DNA of 64,000 nt, taken from the NCBI GenBank assembly GCA_030704615.1, contig CM060731.1:31682001-31746000 (forward strand). The letters run 5' to 3'. Of this stretch, positions 13,402 through 24,366 are shown one piece after another. The notes under the pieces were generated by a model. That model was given only the letters and a program-made list of their open reading frames with translations, was not told the origin of the DNA and searched no databases. The stretch comes from Takakia lepidozioides (Eukaryota > Plantae > Bryophyta). How positions within the stretch are numbered: position 1 is the stretch's first letter; each line of letters begins with the position of its first letter. A program made the translations under genes and the position numbers.

Positions 13402-15134
13402 ACCCCCATGGGGTCGGAGTTACGTAGCGACGAGTATGGATGGGCCGGGGTTTCGCTAGTAGCGACCCCTAGGGAGTCGGTTCACGGGCAGTTATTGGGG
13501 AGCAGAAACCGACCACCAGGGGGTCGGTGGATGGATTTGCTTGTGTTAATCCTAAACCGACCCCCAGGGGGTCGGTGCTTATAAGCGACGCGCATGATAC
13601 ACCTAAAAGCGACCCACGGGGGGTCGGTGTTTCAGGCGACGGGAAGGGGCATGCCTGGGTGAATCCTAAAGCGACCCCCAGGGGTTTGCCCCTCAAATGA
13701 TGTTTTCATCTTGTTTTATTTATTTGTTTTATATTAACCCCGCACATTGGCCGGTCGCCTTGTAAATTGTAGTACCTTTCTTGGGGCTGAGAACCTTCCT
13801 AGAGCCTCTTTATAGGTGTAGTAACCTATATGTCCACAACAGCCCGCGAAAGACATCGCGAACTAGACGACAAGCAACTGCTGCTAGAAATAATCAATAA
13901 AACATAACAAGGCTCCTATCATGTACAAACATTATATAATATGCATCTTCTATAGTACTAGATACCCTCATGGACTTCGAGGTCCTCGAAGGTCAACATA
14001 TCATCCTGCGACCCATCATCATCACCCTGATCACTCTCGCCCTCATCCTCATCCTCAACATCGGTCACCCTATGGTCAGTAGTGCTACTAGTAATACTTC
14101 GCTTTTTTGTATTCTTTGCGGAGAGGGCCCTATGGGTCTTGATGCGCTCAAGAAGCGCGGGGTATCCTTCATTCTTGACAAATTCTACCTCCTCCACGCT
14201 TGGGTGTCTCCCAAACCTACGATGCTACACAATCACAAATAACATTAATTAGTTTATGCAAGATATACCAAAGAGATAACCATATGTAGACAAAGCAACA
14301 CATTAAAGTGAATACATCCATAAAATGCTTACAAATCGGGTCGCGAATAACTTGTGCCCTCCCGGACCAAATTTGTGGGTGCAGGTATCTAGCCCTTTCT
14401 CTTTGCGTAACGTGGCCGCCTCACGACCCCTAGCAAATTGAGCCTTCTTCTTGGCATCAGCCTCCTCGGCAATGAGAATGTCCCATGACTCCTAAACAAC
14501 CAACCACTACATTAGCTTACTTCTTCAAATTGAAGCATGCATGCATCATTTAACATCTTGCACATGTCCAAAATACAATGAATGAAATAGGAAGGCAGGT
14601 GTGGAGTTCATACCTCACTGATATTTGATGGCCTAATGGCTTTGACACCGTTCTTCGCTGCTTGCCCGATCTCCTTCTTTGCACGATATCGCCTGTCCTT
14701 GAGGTTCTTTCCGATCAACCCCATCAAGCGGGACTCACTCCAATCACCCCCAAACTTCTTCTCCAATTTGGCTACAAATCCCCTACGGTGCTCCCATGGT
14801 TGTTGATCCCAATCTACATGCAAAGAGAACCATCGGGCCGCTTTGGAAAGGCATGCCTCCTCAACGCTTCCCAAAACTCTCCAATTGGATACCCATACTT
14901 GTTGGCCTCTAGAGGTGGGACCTTCTTAGGCACCTCCAGCCCTCCCTTCTTCCCTCTCTTCCCACGCTTACGAGGCTCTCCTTCTACCGAACCCTCTCCA
15001 ATATCCCCCTTCCCATTACCCTCCCCCAACTCTTCGACTGTGAGAGGGGTATCCTCAATGCAAGGCTTCTTCTTCTTCTTGCTAATGGGCTTTTCCACTA
15101 TCTTTGCTTTTCCTCTCCCCACAGCAGCCTCAAC

Positions 15135-15172
<38 letters not shown>

Positions 15173-15721
15173 CGTCTCTCTCCGGCTCCCTCGGCAATGA
15201 CCAGAGGTCTCTCAAGGGCACGTGGCACCGGGTCCACAAATGGAGCCTGCAATTACAATAGGTTTTGTGAGGCCCTTGGCCAACCTCTGCAAGTCATGTA
15301 CACAAACCAAATAAAAACAACAAAAACAAAAAGAATGCAGTAGGCAATACAACAAAATGGCGAGAGAGATACTGGCCTCATGATGCTCCGAGGCGATTGT
15401 ATCCTTGGGCCTGAGCGCGGGCATCTCAGGCACCTCGAGTTCAGGTGCCAAAAGTTGTCCCATTGATGGCAATGGAACCCCCATTGCCGCCAAAGATGCC
15501 ATGAGTTGTGCTTGCTCTTCAGGAGAGGCTTGACCCCAACTGCCACTAGCTAGAGTCACAGCAGCGCTTCCTGGCCGAGGACTGGCCACCAATGGAGGTC
15601 TCATGGACATGAGCGGGAGAGGCGCCTTGGGTACCATGAGATGCATCATGCCATGAATAACTCCCCAATCTTTCAACAGAAGCATCATTTGGGCCAAGCG
15701 GCCTAGCTACCTCATATAGGA

Positions 15722-15737
15722 CCCATCTCCTCTCTCG

Positions 15738-15816
<79 letters not shown>
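15722..15816. repeat. (TC)n microsatellite; another at 15138-15168
   Basis: Direct inspection. Confidence 0.9.
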
Positions 15817-15819
<3 letters not shown>

Positions 15820-16216
15820 GAGGTGTGTGGAAGTCAGCAAATCCGTTGATGTGTCATAACCCTCCTCGAACCTCGGTGGTTGGAGAAGCACCGGTAGCAA
15901 TGTCCAATTGGCCCATCCTAGGACCATCTTGAAAAATCTTTATATTACCCGTATACAATGCTTCTAACGAAGGAGAGAGGGTAGCGCTAGATACTGCAGG
16001 CCCAATGGTGGACTCATCAATAGTACCAATAGTATCCGGCACAATAGCCACTTCAACTACAACACCTTGGCCCAAGAGGGGGGCATCATCATCAACACAG
16101 TGCTCGGGGGGGCCACTGGTACTCTCGGGCTCATGAAATGAAGGAGCAAGCACAGGAGGAGGGGAAGGCCGGGGGGTCAAACCAGATTTCTTTCGTGTAC
16201 TTGAGCGATACGGGTT

Positions 16217-16895
16217 TGCATCACCGAAAATTACTAAAAAAAAAGCCCATGTGGGCTGGGGTGCCTGCGTGGCGCACCAGCACGGCCAGCCCCCCGTTGC
16301 TGCGAATTGCTTGACAGAGATGGTAAGGAAGAGAAATAGGGTGCCTATATCACCGATCAAAACTAAAAAAAAAACCCATGTGGGCTGGGGTGCTTGCGCG
16401 CACAGTGCAGCCAAGCCCCCCCTTGCTACGAATTGCTTGACAGAGATGGTGAGGGAGAGAGAGAGGGTACCTGCATCACCCAAAATCGGAAAAAAAAAAA
16501 AAATGGTATGTGGGTTGGGGTGGCTGCGAATCCCCCCCCCGGTGTAAATTGCTGCACAGAGGTGGTGATGGAGAGAGAGAGGGTGTCTGCATCACTAAAA
16601 ATCCAAAAAACAAAAGCCCATGTGGGCTGGGGTGGCTGCGAATTGCCCCCCGTTGCTTGCTGCACAGAGGTGGCGAGGGAGAGAGAGAGGGTGCCTGCAT
16701 CACCCAAATTTAAAAAAAAAAAAAACCCCATGTGGGCTGGGGTGGCTGCGAATTGCCCCCCCCCCCCTTGTTGCTGCGAATTGCTGCACAAAGGTGGTGA
16801 GGGAGAGAGAGAGAGAGATGGTGCCTGCATCACCAAAAAAAAAAAAAAAAAAAAAACCCATGTGGACTGGGGTGGCTGCGAATTGCCCCCCCCGG
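16217..16895. repeat. Minisatellite, ~6 units of 110-135 bp
   Basis: Repeating gcatcacc-A-rich-cccatgtgggctggggtggctgcgaattgccccc...cacagaggtggtgagggagagagagagggtgcct. Confidence 0.85.
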
Positions 16896-17774
16896 CATCC
16901 TGAAGATAGAACGTGAGGAATGACTTATTGTCTTGGGCTCTCTAGCACCATAGGGATTCTCCGCCTTTGGTTACCAATTTTGAAAGCCCCGAGGCTGAGG
17001 CATAGGGTTTTTTCGCCAACGGTTTTTGAGAAATGAAAGTGGTGGTGGTGTGTGTTGATTAGGATGTGATGGTGAGGAACCATCGACCCGTCTCCCTCGA
17101 GAATGAGGAGGTATTACCACATATCGATTGTGGCCCTAGAGCGACCGTTTTTCGTGGCGAGGAGCCACCCATTGCACCTGATCCAATACAGACTGCTGAG
17201 CACAATCGTAGAAGGGACTGGGGCGAAATTTCAGGTGATGCGGAGGATGTTGACGCTCCGGGATGTCGGGCGCGCCGCGGGTTGCCTCTTTGCGGGCCAC
17301 CCCGTCCAACCATGTCCACCTTTGACTCCCCCGACAGGATTGAGTGTTGGTGCACTAAGTGTTGGGAACGGATACCGTCGGGCGGCACTAGACCACCGAG
17401 GCGACGACCGCATGTTGTCGAGAAACATTACAAGAAGAACATGATTGCGGATGCAGCAAAGGTGAGTGTTTTTCTCACCCCTCTCATTAACATTCATTTA
17501 AGGTACATTTAGGTTTATTTAATAATATAATATGATTGGTAAGCATACATGAATCCAAATTACAACATAAGTATTGATTCGTCGTTCACTATGGAGGATG
17601 ATGCCATGCATGAGGTGAGGATGGGAGGCGGGATGGGGATGCGGGTGAGGACATGTGTCATGTCATGGCAGAGAGAACATGAGGCGCGGGAGGGTGTGCT
17701 GGGGGTGGGGGGTCCACGCTGGTGGAAACGGCTCCATCGCATTCAACTCCAGCCCCATTTATTACTTGGCGTTC

Positions 17775-18900
17775 CTTTATGATGGATGTGGGTAGGTGTT
17801 CGTAGGTGGGTAGGTATGTAAGGGTGGGTTGGTAGGTAGATAGTTAGGGAGGTACCTGCTGGTCTGCTCCCAAGATTTGCAGTGTAGCAGCCAAAACCAT
17901 TTCCTTTATGATGGACATGGGTAGGTGATCGGAGGTGGGTAGGTATGTAGGTAGGGGGTGGGTTGGGAGGTAGTTAGGTAGGGAGGTACCTGCTGGTCTG
18001 CTCCGAAGATTTGCAGTGTAGCAGCCAAAACCAGTTCTTTTATGATGGATGTGGGTAGGTGCTCGGAGGTGGGTAGGTATGTAGGTAGGGGTTGGGTTGG
18101 GAGGTAGATAGATAGGGAGGCACCTGCTGGTATGCTCCCAAGATTTGCAGTGTAGCAGCCAAAACCAGTTCCTTTATGATGGATGTGGGTAGGTGCTCGT
18201 AGGCGGGTAGGTATGTAGGTAGGGGTGGGTTGGTAGGTAGATAGGAGGTACCTGCTGGTCTGCTCCGAAGATTTGCAGTGTAGCAGCCAAAACCAGTTCT
18301 TTATGATGGATGTGGGTAGGTGCTCGGAGGTGGCCACCGTCACCTGATGGAGCCAGCCAGCGAGGAAACAAGACTAGCTATCGGGTCGGGACGTAGACAC
18401 CTAGCTTGTAGGCAGGGGCTAACCTTCTCTGTGGACTTCAATGAACCGGACTTCATTAGGATCCGTTATGTCCGTTATCCGTTACGTCCGCTATGCCGGT
18501 GACTTCCTATCGGGAATCGTAAGCCCCCTGGAGTTGATGAAAAAACTAAGAGATTGTATGACCCACTTCCTGCAATCCGACCTGAACCTTGAGGTAGGCT
18601 GTGCAAGATTCACTCACATAGCTGCAGGGAAGGTAGAAGTTCCCAGTACGTTTGTTCGGGGAGTCCTGGGGAATCGCTAGTATGTAGGTAAGGGGGTGGG
18701 TTGGCAGGTAGATAGGTAGGGAGGTACCTCCTGGTCTGCTCCGAAGATTTGCAGTGTAGCAGCCAAAACCAGTTCCTTTATCATGGATGTGGGTAGGTGC
18801 TCGTAGGTGGGTAGGTATGTAGGTGCGTGGGGTGGGTTGGTAGGTAGATAGGTAGGGAGGTACCTGCTGGTCTGCTCCGAAGATTTGCAGTGTAGCAGCC
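17775..18900 (+). repeat. G-rich minisatellite, 6 units of ~125-135 bp; unit 5 is interrupted
   Basis: Unit gatggatgtgggtaggtgctcggaggtgggtaggtatgtaggtaggggtgggttgg..ggtacctgctggtctgctccgaagatttgcagtgtagcagccaaaaccagttccttta. The array ends 110 bp before the FBA ATG. Confidence 0.9.
18334..18677 (+). pseudogene. Fragment of a mitochondrial matR-like group II intron maturase (probable NUMT)
   Basis: Translates FSVDFNEPDFIRIRYVRY / YVRYAGDFLSGIVSPLELMKKLRDCMTHFLQSDLNLEVGCARFTHIAAGKVEV. This matches RT domains 5-7 (YVRYADD..GIVG..EL..HFLQSGLNL.VG) of matR-type maturases. A 16-bp internal duplication shifts the frame and YADD has become YAGD. Confidence 0.75.
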
Positions 18901-19010
18901 TCCGCCACTGCTTTGGAGTCTCATCTCCTCTCGTCATCTCCCTCGCTCCTTGTTGGGAGCCTTCGGAGATTCCTGGCACTGCAATTCTAGTGTCTGTGCA
19001 GTCACGCACC

Positions 19011-22000
19011 ATGGCGATGGTGGCATCCGTTTCTCTGCAACGGACCACCGTCTTCCTGGGGGACTCCACATCGTACTCATGGCTGCAACACTCGGGGGCC
19101 AGGACGAAGACGGGTGTTCAGCTGTGCTCCCGACCTGCCCAAATTGTGATGATTTCGGAGTTTGAGAAGTCCAACCCCTACACCGAGGAGCTGAAGCGGA
19201 CTGCTTCCTTCATCTCGCAGCCCGGGAAAGGCATTTTGGCGTCGGATGAGAGTAATGCCACCACCGGGAAACGGTCAGTTGCCGAGCGATTCTCTGTTCT
19301 GCTCATGTGTACATGACGCAGACTAATTGGTGGCTAGGTTCTTACACTAGAATGCAGGAAGAATCTCCTGAAACCATTTTATGGTGTCCTCTCCAGCATT
19401 TGGGAACTCCCACTCTGGACGAATTTTGTTTCAATTCTAAATTTGTTACCATAGATGAGAAATTTCTCAGAGTGAAATGGCAGGCTGTGTGCATGAGATC
19501 AACCTTGAGGTTCTGCATATTTGTTTCTCGTTGACTTGCAATTCATCTTCCACGAACTTGAAAAGGAGTCTGGGGAAGAATGTGTAGAAATGTTCAACCT
19601 TCAATGACAGGCTGTGACTTATGGAATTCAAATGCAGTTTGGCGACAGTCGGGTTGGACAACACGTTGGAGAACCGACAAGCGTGGCGCGAGCTGCTGTA
19701 CTCTGCTCCTGGGCTGGGGAATGTAATTTTACGCTCTCTTTCGGTTCTTACTTTTTCCATAGGTTTCGTGGAGGATTCCAAGCATAACTAAGTTATGGCC
19801 TGGTTATCGTACAGTACGCTTGGCATTCATGGATTAATTATCTTCTGATGCCCTTAGTGAATGTGGGGGAATTGTCCGTATTGAGATCGAAACTAACGTT
19901 GATCTTGGTGGTCCGGTGGTGCAGTACATTAGCGGCACAATAATGTTCGACGAGACACTATTTCAGTCATCCCGGGCAGGAGTGCAATTTGTAGAGATTC
20001 TAAAGCAGCAGGGCATCTTGCCGGGTATCAAAGTGGATACGGGGCTGCAACCCATTGATGGTACAGATGGCGAAACCGCAACCCAAGGGCTGGATGGCCT
20101 CGCGGAGCGTTGCAAAAGGTTAGTGTCCTGTGTGAAAGACATATTGGAGGTCGTAGATAATACGCAGCCAGATGATGGAGGTCGTCAATGTGATTGCCAC
20201 CAACTCTCATTCTGTCTGTTAATACAGTGTAGGTTAAATCTAATCTGGTAATTTCAGAGGAAGAGGACAAGCTTAATGGGGAGTATCCATGACACTTTGT
20301 TTGCGAAGGTACTACCAACAGGGGGCACGGTTCTCAAAGTGGCGTGCTGTGATCAAGGTGGACTCGACAGTCCATCCCTCCTCAACAGCCATATTTGAAA
20401 ATGCACATGGGCTAGCTCGTTACGCTCAAATTTGTCAGGTATACTTTCCATGCCATGTCTGTGTAAGCCTGCTTTTTCAGACTATGAGCAATGGTGGACA
20501 CAAACTAAATGGATTATCATTGCAAGTAAAGCTGAATATTGTAGGAGCTCTATGAAATCTACTTTTAAGTGTAGAGAGGAAATAATGTGGAGATCTATGG
20601 GTGTAGGCAAACGGCCTGGTTCCAATTGTGGAGCCTGAAGTTACCCTTGGCGAAGGTGATTACAGGTAGGTTTCTGGATAACTCATTGATGAAATCTGTG
20701 TTTGCACCATGACTCTGCACTAGCTAGGATTGTGGCGTTGAACCTTACAATTGGTGTAATATCCTCTATTGATATATGTTATTGTTTTCACATGTGTAGT
20801 ATTGAACGAACTGCCTACATTTCCGAGAAAGTCAATTCTCATGTCTTCCGACTTCTAAATGAGTACAAGTAAGCTATTACTGCACCTGTTCTTAGATGTG
20901 ATTTACGTTCAGCAGATGCAAGTAGCTTAGAACATGTAAATTGTTCATATGAAGACAAATATTTTGGCCACTGGGCATCCTATATCTGTACCTCTTGCGA
21001 TTCAGATTTAAGGGTTTATCAGGGGATACATACACATGTTTTCATTGACAATTCGCTGGAACTTGATTGAGATAGTTTTGCTAGGGTGGAAAAATTTGCA
21101 TTGATACCTGCAGCTCTAAGTTCTGGTTCTTACCACCTCTTGGCTCTAATCTTGTTTGGCAGTGTCATTCTCGAGGGCATCTTGCTGAAACCTAACATGA
21201 TCCTTCCAGGTACGGCAGACTTATAGGTATGCGACATTAAATAAAAGATGAGAATACTGCTGTTCACACGGAACTTGAAACCAGGCATCTTGGTGGAAAC
21301 GTTCTCAGCACATGGTGTTTATGTTTATCTTAGAGCGGGAGGTGTGAATGGAACAGGTTTGGATGTGCCCACTCCATCGCCAGAAGAAGTGGCTCGTTAC
21401 ACCGTGCGAACCATGCGGCGCTCTATCCCAGCCGCTGTCCCTGGTAATGCAGTCTACAGAATCATGCTACGTTACACTTACATGCTTCATTTGGCTGCGT
21501 ATATGTTTTATGGCATTGTGAGGATTGTTGTCAGTCCTTTCCTGCAATCCGTGTACACAGACATTCTTGGCAGGTTTTGTGGTTCGACATGTATTCTGGT
21601 TAAATATTGGGAAGTAAAGCGGTCAAAGTCATAGGTAGTATAACACCAAGCAGATTGGATGCAATCTTGACCTCCCATTTTTGCGCTTTGATGAGATAAT
21701 GCGAGTTCCGTTGTCTATGGAAGAAGCTGCTGATGTGTGTTGTACATAACTCTTCTGCAGGTATCCACTTCCTTTCTGGAGGAATGAGTGAAGAAGAAGC
21801 AACACTCAATCTGCAGGCACTCCAGGTACGTCCAAGTACCTTAATTCCGTCTTCAAAGTACACTCTTTAAATTGTTACATTTCTGCTAGAAAATGGATCG
21901 CCTCACTTCTTACGATCTCTCATTGACTATGATGGCCAGGCCTATGGACCCACTCCCTGGTCATTGACATTCTCGTATGGCCGAGCTCTGCAATCTAGCA

Positions 22001-22828
22001 CTCTGAAAATTTGGTCAGGAAAGGTATGTGCTTCAAACTGAAATGCATTGCAGCGGGCGTGTTAATATCCTGGTCCCTTATTGCAAACAAGTTAAGCAAA
22101 TGCACTTTTTCATCTTCACGAGAAACACAAAGCTGAGGCTATCATTCTCATATGACAATATACATCAAAATTTACAGGAGGTTATAGTTCTGCTGGAGAA
22201 ACATATTGGTTGGAGAAGTAATTTTCAGCACTAGAGTTCACCTCAGAAGATGGCATTTAGTTGAAGTTCTCTGTCATGCAGCACAAAAGGGTTGCCTGGA
22301 CTATGAGAAATTGCTATACATATCGTAGTTACATGTGTCAATCTGATGACCCGAAAGTCTGACGTTTAGGTTGTCATCATGCTATCATCGTTTGCAAGTT
22401 TCAGCATAATGTCATCCTGATTGTGCTGTGCTTGAATGCGAAATTATTGTCTGTAAATATTGGGATATTCCTCTTACAGGAGGAGAATTGGAAGGCCGCA
22501 CAGGACAGGCTTGTGGCACTTGCTAAAGCCAACTCGGAAGCCCAGGCAAGTCACTGCAGTCTACACGCTTTCATGAAGATTCTTCCATTCAACATACAAA
22601 AAAGAAAGAATTTACTGTCTTTTCATTACATATTCAACATTAACCCATTGCTCAAGAAACTTTTTCTTACTGTGGAGATAGCAAATTATTGTAAATTTGT
22701 GACTTTATTTCTTTTCTGAATGTTTTGATGGTGCTATTCTGCAGCTTGGAAAGTACACAGGTCCTCACCCATCTCCAGGAGGCACGCGTATTCTCCAGGC
22801 TCTCAGATTAGGTGGAGCTGGAAAATAG
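19011..22828 (+). CDS. FBA: Fructose-bisphosphate aldolase class I, probably plastid-targeted, 12 exons, 410 aa
   Basis: Exons 19011-19273, 19638-19722, 19925-20118, 20309-20438, 20607-20665, 20800-20868, 21163-21209, 21357-21443, 21761-21825, 21940-22023, 22480-22545 (GC donor) and 22745-22828 total 1233 nt in frame. Motifs [35 protein letters not shown] (Schiff-base Lys), [13 protein letters not shown]. Ser/Thr/Ala-rich N-terminal extension. Confidence 0.95.
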
Positions 22829-23147
22829 GCATTGAACCACCTCTTGAGGTATAGCAAACATGGATTGCAACTTCCACCACGTAGTGTATGTCATGGCTCA
22901 ATCAACATCCTCTTCAGTTGTTTTTGCTACATCTGTAAGACAATGGTTTCACCATATCACCAAAAGCAGTAACATAGTGCACTCCAGAATTGGAGCATTC
23001 GTGTATACTACTCAAAAGCCATTCTTATATACTGCTATTAACAGTGTATTTGTAGACTGCTCAGTGTCATGTGCATATATCTATGTATCTAGTTGTGCTG
23101 ACTAACTATATTATAATTACAAACTAGTAATATATCTCAACTTTGAA

Positions 23148-24020
23148 AGGGCCCTTCTCTGTTCCTGCTGCACTGTGGGCTCCATCGAGTCCCTAGAACA
23201 CTGTCTCATTTACTGCCATGGCCCCAATACCATTTGGCCGATTGTCCAGGACTTCTACTGGGTATGGGACCTCTTCCCCTTACAACCAGTGCACATTCTT
23301 CTCAACTACAACCAGCTAGCCAAAACAGTGGCAATAACTTGCCCAGTGTTCGAGGTGCTCAGATGTGCTACTCTATGGCATCTCTGGAAAGCTCGTTGTG
23401 CATGGACGCTAAGCAATGCAAACACCTCCACTACTGCCCTGCTTACCCAAATATTTTTTGTGCTTACCGTTGCTGCTAAAAGTGCCTGGGGGAAATTGTG
23501 TACAGACATCGAGAAGAACCCACAGCGTCAGCATTCACTATTCGATACCTTCAGGAACTCTTGGGGGAGACAGGAGCTCATTTGCAGCTGCACTTTGCCT
23601 GGCAAATCCCAACCCAGTGGAGAGACCGCTTTCCCAGACTTCGACAAGTCTGACGTCAACTGGAAGTACGAACCGCCTCCAGGACGAAGTTACAGTTCCA
23701 TAGATAGGCCAGTTCTATTTCTTTTCTTATCTAGTTATGACGTTGCTCCCTCTTCCTTGTTACTGGCCGAGGGTTTCAGAATTCTGTTGATCTCTCTGCA
23801 AGTATGGTAGACTTAGTCTAAGACTCATCAAGACTCAACATGTTCTGTTTCACACAACCTTGGTCTCTCGGTCTCCCAAGGTCACCCACTCAGGCTTAGC
23901 CCTGTGATACCTCTCATTGGATCCTCCAACACGTAAATCGTGTGTCTAGGCCTCAAGGCAGCCTTCGGGCTTGTAAGGGTTTTAACACAGAAATACCATG
24001 ACCTCTTTACAAATAAAAAT
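23148..24020 (+). mobile_element. 5'-truncated L1-like LINE fragment (C-terminal Cys/His region and 3' UTR)
   Basis: ESLEHCLIYC....IW and LWHLWKARC motifs typical of plant L1 ORF2 C-termini, followed by an A-rich end near 24015. It lies between the convergent FBA and COQ10 3' ends. Confidence 0.65.
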
Positions 24021-24366
24021 TCTCAAGAGTGATGGTCGTTTTTGCTTGATAGTGCACTGGCACAGTGCACGCTCTGGTCATAAGCTGTTACATGTGTCCA
24101 TGTTCTATTATACCATTAACATGTCTGCTCAGCATACAACTGTTTGTAAAGTTACCTCATCAACCACAACTTTGGCCCGAAAGAGGTTGCAAATTGAGGG
24201 AACAAGTGGATTGATCATATGCATCTGCTTCAAACTTATTTACAAAATGAATGTGGAGAGAGAGGCCACCATAAATAGGGGCACCAGCTTGATGAATACC
24301 TACACAACTTGTCTAACACAAATGCTACCAACCTCCTCAACCAGGTTTGTGAACCACATGGCGTGG

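Larger units (their letters stand above)
13401..17512. mobile_element. CACTA-like transposon remnant (subterminal repeats, TnpA-like gene on -, TnpD-like N-terminal exon on +)
   Basis: Palindromic subterminal motifs (cgacccccagggggtcg) at 13401-13690. Minus-strand spliced ORF pieces at 13958-15122 (W..QP..R..F..L..F; HKFGPGG..F; FGRHPS.EEV) resemble plant TnpA/PTTA-type proteins. The plus ORF 17066-17461 has IECWCTKC..R..VVEKHY. No CACTA terminus is visible. Confidence 0.5.

Noticed and set aside
15854-16916. Long ORFs across the 16.2-16.9 kb repeats, and 17906-18343
   Set aside because: They are low-complexity translations of tandem repeats.
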